This document shows, piece after piece, positions 13,319-27,239 of a stretch of DNA of 64,000 nt (position 1 is its first letter; each line of letters begins with the position of its first letter). The DNA comes from Octopus bimaculoides (lineage: Eukaryota): contig NC_068999.1 of assembly GCF_001194135.2 (NCBI RefSeq), positions 54,375,055-54,439,054 on the forward strand, read 5' to 3'. The notes under the pieces are model-generated. The model saw only the letters and a list, made by a program, of their open reading frames with translations, did no database searches and was not told where the DNA came from. Position numbers and translations under genes: made by a program.

Positions 13319-13471
13319 ATGGCTGAAAAACACGAAGTAAAAGTAAGCAGTACACTTAGCCCTGATTCCATGAAAGGTATTGCAGAGTCTATTGGGGTCA
13401 GTGGAATTCCTGATGATGCTGCAAGCCAGTTAGCAGAAGATGTTAGCTACAGACTTAAACTCCTTATTCAA
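13319..13471 (+). CDS. TAF6: TAF6 coding exon 1 (MAEKHEVK...KLLIQ); acceptor at 13290, 28 nt of 5'UTR precede the ATG
   Basis: tatttttcag|ATTG...AAGA ATG; donor CAA|gtaggt at 13472. Confidence 0.93.
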
Positions 13472-16400
13472 GTAGGTTTCACTCTTCACATTTAAAAAAC
13501 ATTTTTCATCAAACTGTAATAACTTGATATCATGGTGGCATGCTGTCTGGCTTGGAGGTTAGGGTGTTGGGCTCATGATAATATGATTCTTGGATCAGGC
13601 AATGTGTTGTTTCCTTAAGCAAAGAGGCACTTTGTTTCATGTTGCTCTAATCCACTTGGCTGAAGATGAGTATCAGCCCTGTGCTGGTACAGCCTACTCT
13701 CTTCTCAGCTGTCACATCCTGGATATGCCCCTGGATCCAGAGAGGGAATACCAAGAAGGTGTCTATGTCTGTTAGTGGTTACCTAGTCAATTATCTAAAA
13801 CATGATACAATGCAAATGACAATGATGCTTTATACTGTCTAAAAGATACATGGCAAATGAAAATAACAGGCTTTAAAATATTGTTATTTTATAGCTTAGA
13901 GAATGAAGGATGGTGTCTGTGACTCTTCTCTGAACCTTCAAGCGAGATGGCAGTTATCCTTAAATCAAAGTCAGCCTGAATACTTGCAGTAGTGTGGACT
14001 CTTCTAAAGCTCATATCATGTGGTTGTGTTAAGCCTAGTGACTGATTAAACACACCACCCGAAAACAAGAAGAGTCTCTCAGTAATGGGCCCCTACACAG
14101 GTTTCATCTGTCAAATTTTACTTACAAGTCAATCCTGAAGCTAATAAGTGACACCTGCACATATACACACGCACACGTCTTTTTTTTATTGTACATTTGT
14201 TAGGAATTCTCTCAACCCAAATGTTCAATATGCCCAACTGATACATACAACAACTGGGAATACTGCCAATCTTTCTTATTGTGTCATTTTTTTTTTATAG
14301 CCAACCACTTCACCCTATGTACTAGAGATTGCACTAGAGATTTTGTCTGTCAGGACTAAAGACCTGTACCTTACATTCAGAATTTACAGCCTAATGTAAA
14401 TATTGATTTCAAATTTTGTCACAAGACCAGCAATTTCAAGGGAGTAAGTCATTTACATCGACCCCCAGTAATCAACTAGTACTCATTTTATCAACCCCAA
14501 AAGGATGAAAAGCAAAGTCAACCTCCGAAAAATTTGAACTCTGGACATAAAGACAGACAAAATGCTGCTAAACATTTTGCCCAACATGCTAACAATTCTG
14601 CCGGCTTGCTGTCTTACATAATAAAGTAAAAGATATGAGAGTCAACTCTATTTTTGTGCAGTTTCAGTTTAGAGTTTTAGCTACTTTGATTAATTTTTCA
14701 CCTCTAATATTCTTAAGAAACTCGTGAATATCACACACTCTGAATTCCTCTGTACATAAGAGCTCTTTCTTATGGTGCATTGTGTATCACTTTTAAGCTA
14801 TAATTAAACGGTCTATCTTGACAGCCAAATTCTTTTCTGTTTCAGGAAGCTGCTAAATTTATGCACCACTGCAAACGAAGCAAGCTAATTACCAGTGACT
14901 TTGATATGGCTTTGAAGATCAAGAACTTGGAAGTAAGTTATCAACTATTTCCCTTTGAGAAAGCAGAACACTATTGTAATTCACTCTTGTTTAATACATG
15001 ACCAAGTCAGTAAATAATCAGATAATTAAACAATAAGTCACAGGTCCATAACATAGCAACAGCAGAGCATGTGTTCATAACCAAGACACATTACCCTTAA
15101 TAGCTCAGTCCAGCTAGCTGTAATAGAGTACCACAAATTAAGTGGGATGACTGAGCGAATAAATTATCAGATAACCAATCTCGCTGAGTCGTATTAAAAG
15201 CTCCCCTTCAGTCATGAATGACCATGGGATTGCACCTAGAAAGTTCCCCTCCAAGGCACAAGTCTGGGCAAGGTTGTTTTATGGAAGACCAGCAGTCGCC
15301 CATGCATACCAGCCTCCCCACTCCATGCCACTGATGTTATCTAAGGGAAAGACAAACACTGAAACAGCTTGGCACCAGTGATGTTACAACTCATTTCTAC
15401 AGCTGAGTCAACTGGAGCAATGTGAAATAATGTGTCTTGCTTAAGAAAACAACACACAGCCTGATCCAGGAATCAAACTCACTATCTTGTGTTTATGGGC
15501 CCGATGCTCTAACCACTGAGCCATGCACCTTCACTGAGTCGTTTTAGATAGTTGTATAAAGCATACAAATACACTGTTTTGACTCTTGTTTATTTTGTGA
15601 TTGTAAATGGATTCCAATAGTTACAACAATGAATATTCTGGTGTTTGATCAGCTGAACTACCTGCCCATTGTATTAACAAGTGAAGTGGCACATTACTCC
15701 AGAGGCACATTTACTCTTAACATAACCCTCGAGCAAAATCAGCACGACACAGTGTGTATGGAAAGGCTGAATCTTTGAATGATCGCAGTCTAATGACTGA
15801 AACGAGTAAAAGATGAAAAAAATATAGGTATACTCCATTTGATGATTTCACTCACAAGACATGGGTCAACTCAAGGCTATGGTAAAAGACATTTGCTCAA
15901 GATGCCATTCAGTGGGAATCAAACCTGGGAACTTGTCATTGAGAAGAGAATTTCTTAACCATTTGGCTGTGTTGCATCCAGTTAAGTATTATGTAGTATA
16001 AGGTGTTAAAAATTTTCATTGTTCATCTATGACTTTCACTGATATTATTCCACTACATCGTTTTTAACTGGCGACCATGACTTTTTCACACTAATTCAGT
16101 TTTATGGTCTCAGATGAAGTCACTTGCCAAACAAGTACAACTCTCAAATAATTTAGCACAGAGAGAGGAACTGTAAGTGGCTTACTGTATGGTAACTGGA
16201 ATTTTAGGGGATTCACTGAATCATTTTACGAACACACTTTATATGCACATTTCCTTTTTATACAAATATGTTTTGTTTATGTGTGTGTGTGTTTTTATTT
16301 TTCTCAAAATGAATTGAATTGGAATTTTCTCTTGTAGCCATTGTATGGTTTCCAGTCAAAAGACCTTATACCATTTCGGTACACCAGTGGTGGAGGACGT

Positions 16401-19400
16401 GAGCTACATTTCTACGATGAAAAAGAACTAGATCTTAATGAGATAATCAGCAGTCAATTTCCAAAAATTCCATTAGATGTTTCATTAAAAAGTAAGCAAA
16501 AATACAACTATTCCTTATTTTTAATGTTTTGCTTGTTGGTTTTTATGCTATATGGACAATAGACATTAAATGATGATGATGATGATGATACCAACATAAA
16601 TGAGAGCCAGACACTTTTATTTTATTTGTCAGCCTTGTTACAGTGATTTGCCAACTAAACTGGAACAAACCAAAGTTTTTCTTATAAATATTTTAATTTT
16701 TTACTGGTTTCATTATTCGGACTGTGGCCATGCTGGGACATTGCCTTAAAAAAAATTGTTTTTCATTAATTATATTCACTCCAGCTCTTAATTGTTATCT
16801 GGTACTTATTTTTTTTACTTTTAGTGGTATAAATGGTTGTATTACACTAATATACATATGCACACATACACACACTCCTCATCATCATCATTTAACGTCC
16901 ACCTTCCATGCTGGCATGGGTTGGATGGTTTGACAGGAGCAGAAGCCAGCACCTGCCTTCTGTGTCTGTTTTGGCATAGTTTTACAGCTGGATGTCCTTC
17001 CTAACACCAACCACCCAGCAGAGTGGACTAATGCAATATGTATTCATACACACATTTCTGTACAGTTTTCATCTACCAAGTTTCCTTCAGATGACATGTG
17101 ACATCTACCCAACATATTACACTTAGTAGTATTGAACCCAGAACCATGTACTTATAAAGCCATTGTCTTAACCACACAGCCATCATGACTTTTTTTCCTG
17201 TTTTCTCTCAGCTCACTGGTTAAGTATTGAAGGAGTGCAGCCTGCCATTCCTGAGAACCCTCCCCCTGCATCTAAAGAACAACAACAAAAAGAAAGCTTC
17301 GACACTTCCATCAAAGCAGTCATTGACCGTTTACATAAACCGAAACCACACACTGACCTTGCCAAAGCACGGATGAAGCAGAAGTGTGCCAATACTGCCA
17401 AATTAAAGAATCTCATAATACATGAATTATCAGTGGTAAGTATCATCTCTTTCCTATCCTCTCTCTCTCTTTTCAATCTTTATCTCACCTTCATTTTCCC
17501 TTGCTTTCTCTTCCTCAATTCATATCCTGTTAGAGTTATGCAAGCCTTTACTTACACAGTCTCCATAATTACAAATTTAGATAATGAAGTGTTGCAAGTC
17601 ACTTCAATAGAATTAAGTAGTTTAAGATGGTATGCTGACAGAATCATTAGCACACCAGAAAAAATGCATGACAGTATTTCTGATGACTTTACGTTCTGAG
17701 TTCAAATACTGCCACAGTCGACTTTGCCTTTCATACTTTTGAGGTTGATAAAATAAGTACCAGTTGAACATTGGGGTCGATGTAATCAACTTACCACTTC
17801 CCTTGAAATTGCTGGCTTTATGCAAAAATTTGAAATCAATATAATTAGGTAGCTTGTTGTACAAAGTTGAACTCCTTCAATGAGTTTCAGTCTTCAGCAG
17901 GGCTCTACACCTCCACTACCAGTGATAAGCATTTCATTCTCATAACTAAAGATTTGCTATATTTCTCACAATCTATGTTTTAATTCAGTATGTTCATAAA
18001 TAAATATATATGAAAGTATGTGGCTTAGTGGTTAAAGTATTCAACTCACAATCATAAGGTTGTGAGTTCGATTCCCAGCAGCGCGTTGTGTCCTTAAGCA
18101 AATCACTTTTATTTCATGGTGCTCCAGGATACTCTTCTGGCAAAAATAAGTAGTACCAGTAATTCAAAGGGCCAGCCTTATCACTTTCAGTGTCATGCTG
18201 AGTCTTCCTGAGAACTACATTAAGGGTACGCATGTCTACGAGTGCTCAGCCACTTGCACGTTAATTTCAAGAGCAGGCTGTTCCATTAATCGGATCAGCT
18301 GGAACCTTCATCATTATAACCGATGGAGTACCAGTTAATACATGGGGCTTGTTTCTCTGTAGTTTCTTGTCACACATACATATCATCCTACCCTCAGATA
18401 AGTTTTTACTTCCCCTCCCTCTTTTACATGTTTCTTCACCACCACTCGCCACTCCACCCTCATCTTCTTTCTTTCTGTCCTCTACACATTGTTATCTCCT
18501 TTATTTAGTTACATCATTTATATTTTACTTGTTTTAGTCATTAGACTGTGGCCATGCTGGGGCACCACCTTGAAGAATTTTTAGTTAAATGAATCAACCC
18601 CAGTACTTATTTTTTTAAGCCTGGAACTTATACTATTGGTTGTTTTTGCCAAACCACTAAGTTACGGGGATGTAAACCCACCAACACCAGTTGTCAAGCG
18701 ATGTTAATGGACAAATATAGACACACACACACATATACAACAGACTTCTTTCAGTTTCCATCTACCAAATCCACTCAAGGATTTGGTCAGCCCTAGATTA
18801 TAGTAGAAAACACTTGCCCAAGGTGTCATACAGTGGGACTGATCCAGAATTATATGGTTGAGAAGCAAGCTTCTTACCATTCAGCCACACCTGCCTTTAT
18901 GTATTTCTATGGTTTTGGCTGAGAAGAATTGACTGTAGCCATCTATAACCTTCACAAACCCTCTGGAACTAGTGGAATTGAGGTGCATCAGGAATGACTG
19001 CAAGTCAATGTCTGTGTGGAAATTGTGGTTAGGAAAGGAATTTGAGAGGTTTGAGGAGGAAAGAAGGAGTAATGTGGTTAGGGTTGAATGAAAAAGGCAT
19101 TTAAGAGTGTTTAATTTAAAATTTTTTTATTTACTTTCTGGATCTAGAGGAAGGAGTAGTACCTATGGCCTTCACAGGTTCTCTAAGACTAATGAGATTG
19201 ATATCATTAACATTATGCTTAAACTGTTGCAAGTCAGCACCTCCAGGGAAGACAAGTTCCATAAGGCCAATGTTCTGAGTGAAAGAACTGGAAGCAGTGA
19301 TTAGTGGTGGAACCAACAAAGAATGACGAGAGAAGAGTTGCATGTGTATCCATTGCTGCTCCTTCATCACTCATATTGGAAGCGTCAAGAGACTAATCAA

Positions 19401-22400
19401 CTTCAACAAGCCAAAGCCTTTGTAGCAGCAATAGACAACACAGAGAAGTGAACCAGCACGTCTGTAGGTGAGAGGCTGGAACATGTCTGTGAGTGGCTTT
19501 GAATCACTCGAGGGAAGTGATCATTCTTCAAATGCTTTCTAGGATTATCTGTGTGAAAAGTAATAACCTGGAAAAAGTAGTTAGTGTTGCTAATGAGAAA
19601 CTAACTAAGTGTAACAAGAGGGATTGGGCCTTTAACTAGTTGCTAAAGCAGTTGAAGATGTAGGGTGAGAAGATAGCAAATCCGTGAAGCATCTTCAATA
19701 TCATTCCATATATGGGAGCAGTATTCCATTGTGGTCCCAGTCAAGCTTTATAAAGTTGTTAAGAGTGTCATGATAATTATGTTGATAAACATCCAAGTTT
19801 AATACCAGCCTTTACAGTGTAGTTGAAAAAGACATTTAAAGTGAATGAATTGTGTGTGTAGCGAGAGAGAGAGGGAGAGGGAGAAGTGTCACAGTAATGA
19901 TTTTTTACTATTTAAGTTGCCCATCATGTCTTCATCTTCCTTACAGGAACAACAATTATATTATAAAGAAATTACAGAAGCTTGCGTTGGAGCTGATGAA
20001 CCACGACGTCAGGTTAGATGATAATTTCTTTTTATTTGTTTTATATTCTTTTATTCTTTTACTTGTTTCAGTCATTTGACTGCAGCCATGTTGGAGCACC
20101 ACCTTTAGTCGAACACATCAACCTCAGGACTTATTCTTTGTAAGCCTAGTACCTTATTCTATCAATCTCTTTTGCCGAACCGCTAAGTTACAGCGATGTA
20201 AACACGCCAACATCAGTTGTCAAGCGATGGTGGGGGACAAACACAGACACATGAGAGGCACTTATGCCAATGACACAAAAGGCACCCATGCTTGTAACAC
20301 GAGACACCTAGTACACTCTGTAAAGTGGTTGGCATTAGGAAGGACATTCAGTGATAGAAACCAAGCCAAAACAACTGGAACCTGGTGCAGCTCTTTGGTT
20401 ATCATCTCCAGTCAAACTGTCCTACCTATGCCAGCATGGAAAACAGATGCTAAATGAGGATGATGATGATACATATACACACATATATACACAATGGACT
20501 TCCATCCAGTGAATTCTATTGAGAGGGTTTACTGTATGTTATTTACTTTGGTGATTGTTTTTCTTTTGTTGATACTTTTTTTTTTTTTTTTTTTTGCAGC
20601 AAGCCTTACAGAGTTTAGTGTCTGACCCTGGATTACACCAAATGCTGCCTCGGTTTAGTACTTTCATATCTGAAGGTGTGAAGATCAATGTTGTTCAGAA
20701 CAACTTAGCTTTGCTGATTTACCTGATGAGAATGGTGAAGTCATTGATTGACAATCCAAACTTGTATCTAGAAAAATATGTGAGCACTCCTTTCGTTCTG
20801 TTTGTATCTTTTATTTTACTTTTAACTTGTTTCAGTCAATCGACTGTGATCATGCTGGGGTACCACCTTGGAATGTTTTAGTTGAACAGATCAACCCCAA
20901 TACTTATTTTTTAAAGTTTGCTACTTGTTCTATCAGTCTCTTTTACCAAACTGCTAAGTTATGGTGATGTAAACAAACCAAAACTAGATGTCAAATAGTG
21001 AGGAGGTACAAATACACACACACACATATTCAGTGAGCTTCTATATAGTTTCCATCTACCAAATTCACTCACAAGACATTGGTTTGCCCAGGGCTATCAT
21101 AGAAGACACTTGCCCAAGATGTCATGTAGTAGGACTGAATATGAAACCACATGGTTACAAAGCAAGCTTCTTAACTATAAAGGCATGCTGTTTATGTGCA
21201 GTTCAATAAATATAGATTGTTGTTTAATCCCAAACGTGTCCAGAATGAGAAGAGGCAATGCCCATGGTATTCAAAGACCCTCCGAGACTGGTGAAACCAA
21301 TGCAGTTAATGTTCCTCTTGAACAGTAACAAGTCAATGGATACTGGAAAAACATGTGCATATCACAGTTCACCTATTGTGGTTTATTATTTAAGCTTACG
21401 TCGGTTCCTCCGTGGTGTTGTTTTACATTTGTAATAAAATAAATATATGCAAATTATAAAAATAATTTAAAAAAAATATCGAGTACAGTACTGTTTTTAC
21501 TTTGTGGATTTTCACCTATCACAGGGGTTTTTGGAACGTAACACCCGCAATAGTTGAGGGATTACTGTACTTACTTCAGCCTTTCACTCCTTATAGGGCA
21601 TAGGCCATCAGCAACTTTTCTCTACTGTTCCCAACTCTGAGCTATCTTTCATTCTTCTCTCCACTTGAATCCTTGCTTTTTTTCTTTTGGATTTTGCTGT
21701 ACTGCATCATATGTTTCCCCGAGAGAAGGCCTTCCTCTCCCAGGTCTTGGTTTTGACTTGTCATTCGTGCTTTTGTAACTTAGCTTTTTTTTTTTTTAGG
21801 TTGGGGAGTTGATCCCATGCAAACTTGTTTTTTAACCTTTGGGAAGATGCGGTCCACATTAGTTTGAGCTCTTTCCTTTGACCCGTCCAACATGGGAGGC
21901 CCTACCAGCAGCTTATGCTCCACTAACATAGCTCTTGGGGGTCATCAAAGCACACAAGCCACCACACTGCAATAAGGACTGGACTTCATTGCGGTGCGGT
22001 GTGTAGAAGGACAATACTCTGGGGAAGGAATAGAGGCTCGTGAAGGGCCTGGCGGTAGGGAGGAAATACTTTATAAGTGGTAAGAAAAATGGAGTTGTTT
22101 CATTGAATACATTTAACTTGTACACTTAAATATATTCAGTTCATTTATATCAGACAACTTCAACTGATCAGTCTCTGCATGGTGACTCAAATTTCTAGAA
22201 ATAGCAGTCGAATTTTCCTCAAATCACACTCTACCACCTTAAAAACTGTGCATTGGATAATGTTGTCTGTGTACACTACTTCTGCACGAAAAATGACAAG
22301 ATGGTCATGGCTTATGTACTTTCAATCATAGGTCCACTCTATTAAGGATGTCCTGGAGCTAAATATCAACATCTTCATCTGCGCCTAAGTGCAGATATGG

Positions 22401-25400
22401 CTATGTAAAGAAACCCATCATATATGCGTGTGTGTGTCTTTATGTCTGTGTTTCTCCCTCACCCACCACTTGACAACTGGTGTTGGTGTGTTTACATCCC
22501 CATAACTTAGTAGTTCTGCAAAGGTGGTAGAATAAGTACCAGGCTTTAAAAGAATAAGTACTTGGGTTGATTCATTCAACTAAAATTCTTCATAGCAATA
22601 CTCCAGTATTTTCTATTGGGGTCTTTTTTCTACTTTATATAGATTATTTAGAAATACTGTTTTGTCATTTTCATTTTTTTGTATTCCTTTTTCCTGCTAA
22701 ATGAGCACTTGAGTTGAATTTATTTTTGTATTTTGTTAAATCTTGAAATTGAACAATAGTGTCAAATGTCAAACCTAAAACACAAGAAAGCTGATTTCTC
22801 TAAAAATGAAACCTAATGCCTTAAATCAAATTCAATGTGAAAATCTTCAAACAAATGAAAGAAACAAAGAGAAAAAATCAGAGCTAATATTGTTTTTGAG
22901 ATCTTTATTAAGTTCAAAACACACACCATACATATGTAGTAACATTAGGTAAAGCTATGAAGAAAGATTTACTACTTTGACTAGAAGATAAAATCTAAAA
23001 TGTATTTCTTATAAACTTTATGACACAACAAAAAACAGTAAGAGAATTTTAGTCAACTCACTATTACAAATCAAATATTTTATCAATTACAGCTTGAATT
23101 TTTAGGTAGTAAGGGATAGCTTGAAAATTTTTAATCAAAGTTTTCTATATAATATGAAACTACTTGGTAAAATGGATCAAGTGATAAGAAGACTTCTGAA
23201 GAATTTGTGCCTAAGGTTAAAGATATCACGAAACACCGAACAAATGTAATCCTCAGAGAGGTGAGCATTACATACAAAGGCTATGTACAAACTTTACCAC
23301 ATGATTTACCACAGTACTATGGCTAGCCATAGTACTGTGGCCATTCTGAGGTTCGAGCCCATCATATCAACCTCAGTACTATTTCATTCTTGGACTTCTT
23401 TTATCGAGATCTATTTGTCAAACTGCTAAGTTACAGGGCACAGAATAACACAACATAAGCAACAGTGGTTCTTATACCAGTGTAAGTATAAACATGGAAC
23501 ACACACACACATATTAATGTTTGTTTTTATGTTCAGTTATAATAAAATCAGTTTTATATTAATCTGGTGAGTTACTCTGTACTTTTGTTGAGTACAAGAT
23601 TTTTATTCTTAAACAAGAATATTGTTGACAATGACTTTAAAATTTCAATGATGGCTTAACTGACTGAAACCTCAAAGTTGCTGTCAACATGTTTGTTTAA
23701 GAATAAATATATACATATATAAGAGAGTATTGTAGTTCGCTTGAAGCATTGTGTATTGTTTGTAAAATATGTGTCTTGAATGGCACAACAATGCATGTAT
23801 GTAGAGATAGGATCTAGATATAATGACTTACCATAAGTCATCATAGCCAAGGTCCACTGACGAAATACTGAAAGGCAAGCAAGAAATATATTTCCATTTA
23901 ACAAATACGCATAGCTCTACCAACATTACTTGACCTACAGTATTGACACGTATGTGAATGGATTCCTTGATACGATATCATATTTTGTGTTGAATAAACA
24001 CTTTTGAAGAATAAATTTAATTATCTTCTGTTTATCCCTTTAGCATTCAGATTATTTGGTCAAATGTAATGCTTATTCATTCACATTGATTTGAATTAAT
24101 CATACATTATCTCATAGCTTTGAGATTTCAATGATGTGGTTGTTGATTTTTAAATTGACACTGTAGGTAAAAAGCCAAATCTGGCCAATTTGAACATAAA
24201 ACAGAAAATTTGGGGCCAGATATGGCCAGTTTAAATGCTAAAGGGTTATATCTTATTTCTTTATTGCCCACAAAGGGCTAAACATAGAGGAGACAAACAA
24301 GGACAGACAAAGGGATTAAGTCGATTACTTCGACCCCAGTGTGTAACTGGTACTTAATTTATCGACCCCGAAAAGATGAAAGGCAAAGTCGACCTCGGCG
24401 GAATTTGAACTCAGAACGTAACGGCAGACAAAATACCGCCAAGCATTTCGCCTGGCGTGCTAACGATTCTGCCAGCTCGCCGCCTTCTCTGCTTTCCATG
24501 TCAGCAGAGTTGAGAGGGTCATCACAGTCCAAATAAGTTCTTGTTAGAAGTTTTACCACCTTAAATTTAAAGTCTTTACTGTACCAACCAGGAGGTGATG
24601 GGCATAGAGTATGTTACCTATCAGACCTCCCACATCACATTTGACCTAATATATGAAATACAGTGGGAACTTTATGCTGTCCCTCAACCAATTAGAAATA
24701 GCTATAGTTTGATAAGAAGGACTACGTCTCACTAGATTCTTCAGAGGACTACATTTAACTTGTATGATCTATTTTTGACATGGTGTCTCTAGCTGTGTGC
24801 TCTTCATAATGCCAATCACTTTGCAGGGGTTACTTGATGTATATTATCGTGACACCAGCACTAGAGAGGTTATCATGTCTTCAACAAGACAAGAGTTGTC
24901 TTGAACTTACCTGCTATCCATTTGTTTGCCAAACACATTAGGCTCAGCTGGAATTGCCTTTATCATCATCGTTTAATGTCTGTTTTGCATACTGCCACAG
25001 CTTGAACAGTTTGGCAGGAGCTAGCCAGCTTGAGAGCTGTCCAGGCTGCAATTGTCTGTTCTGGCATGGTTTGTATGGCTGGATGCCCTTCATGATGCCT
25101 ACCACTTTACAGAGTGTGCTGGGTGCTTTTTTACATGCCACCAACATGGGTGCATTTACATAGCACCAGTGCAAGTGCATCTCATGTGACACTGACACAA
25201 ATGCAGTTTACGTGGCACCGGCACCTGCAAGACAGAGACCTCTCAGCTGGAGGAGGGAGTGGGGACATGGTCATAAAGGACATGCCTGTGTGTATGGATG
25301 GCCACGATTTTACTTAGCTTAACATGTCTTTTCAAGTACAGCAAATTGCCGCACAAGTCCTGGTCCCTTGTCATCTCCCCAGTGAGGCCCAGTGTCTGAA

Positions 25401-26730
25401 GATCCTTTCTCACCACTTCATCCCATGTCTACCTAGGTTTATCCCTTCCACAGGTTTATTAATTAGTTAATGAAGAATCAAGATATGTGATTGAGAAGTT
25501 TGCTTTCCAATTACACGGTTTCAAGTTCAGTTCCACTGCATGGTACCTTGGGCAAGTATCTTCTACTTGTGAGAGGGTTTGTTAGATGGACACTGAAAGA
25601 TGTGTGTCCGTGTGTCCTTAACAAGTTCCATTGTCACACAATCAGTGTCATTCATTTCCAATATTTTGCAAAAGCATGCATGACCAGCTGTAAATATTAC
25701 TTTGCTTGGAAACAGGTGAGGGTTGGTGACAGGAAGGGCATCTGGCCATAAGAAAATCTGCCTTAATAAACTTCCTTCAACTTAGGCAAGCATGGAAAAG
25801 TGGATGTTAAGATGTTGTTGAATAGCCCTAGATGGTCCAAGACCAAGAAAACTTAGGATCAAATGTGTTCTAGCCATGATAATCCTGTCTCTTTTTTTAG
25901 AGGTATATCTAGGAATAAATTTTCCAATTTGGCCTTTTTTTATTTAATATGTTGCTGACAACAGTGAGCTGGCAGAAACGTGAGCATGTCGGGCGAAATG
26001 CTGAGCGGTATTTCATCCGTCTTTACGTTCTGAGTTCAAATTCTGTCAAGGTCGACTTTGCCTTTCATCCTTTCGGGGGCGATAAATTAAGTACCAGTTG
26101 CGTACTGGGGTCGATCTTATCGACTGGCCCTCCCCCTCAAATTTCAGGCCTTGTGCCTAGAGTAGAAAACAATATGTTAATGTGAGGAAATTTGGCTGCT
26201 ATTTCTAGCAAATTGAGAAATCCTTCACTAGTTTGTTGATGTTGATTAGGTGAACATCAATCCTTATCAAATCCTATGAACCATTGTCGGCTCCCATAAT
26301 ATCTAAGAATGTATTCCACCATGTGTTTTTTGTTTTTAAAATGGTAGAATATGATTTGAGATGGATTTTGGTTGTTATTTCTAGCAGGTCCACTGACCAT
26401 ATAGCATCTCCTATAATTATTAAACAACAGCTTCATAATATCCAGATCAGCTCTGATCAAGTAGACTTATAAATCCAAGCGTTCCAACCATGATCATTCA
26501 TCGTTTATTTTCAGACAATGTATCCAAGACTATATTATCCAATGTGCCCTTCATTTTTTTAACATAGTAGGGTGTGGCTTGAAGGAAATTTGACTGCTAC
26601 TTTAAGCATGCCAAGCATCTATGTCAAGGTTCTCTTATTAATAATTATATGTTGATGGCTGGGGTGGAAATGGTGTATAGAAGTTTTGGATGGATATACT
26701 TAGCAGCCTCCTATTACAAACAATTTTAAA

Positions 26731-26761
<31 letters not shown>

Positions 26762-27199
26762 GAAAATCAATGCTAACTCCCACAATGGTACGCTGATCAC
26801 CTTCTGCCATTATAGCCCCACCCTTATTGACCTAACCAGTCTACACTACAACTGACCTAAATCAGTTGTTAAGTTCTTTTTATCATCATTTTAACAAATG
26901 TCTGCTCCTGTATAACCAAATGGATGCCAATAATGTGAACTCAAGTGTGACTTTTAACACATGAAATATGCTGAATTAATCTTAAAAAGTCACTCAACAT
27001 ATATCCAATACCTCGTATTTCTGTATGTATGTGGGTGTACTTTTGTAAAACAATTTTTATCAGATTCAGTTATTAAAAGTATGCTTGTTAATATGTGTGT
27101 GTGTATATATATGTATGTGTATGTATATATGTGTGTGTATATGTGTATGTACATATGTGTGTGTATATACATGTATATATATGTATGTATGTATATATA

Positions 27200-27239
<40 letters not shown>

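Noticed and set aside
17213-17476. Antisense ORFs overlapping TAF6 and eIF4A exons (also 36316-36498, 37530-37781, 62874-63122, 63229-63579)
   Set aside because: Shadow frames of real exons; no independent motifs or splice support.
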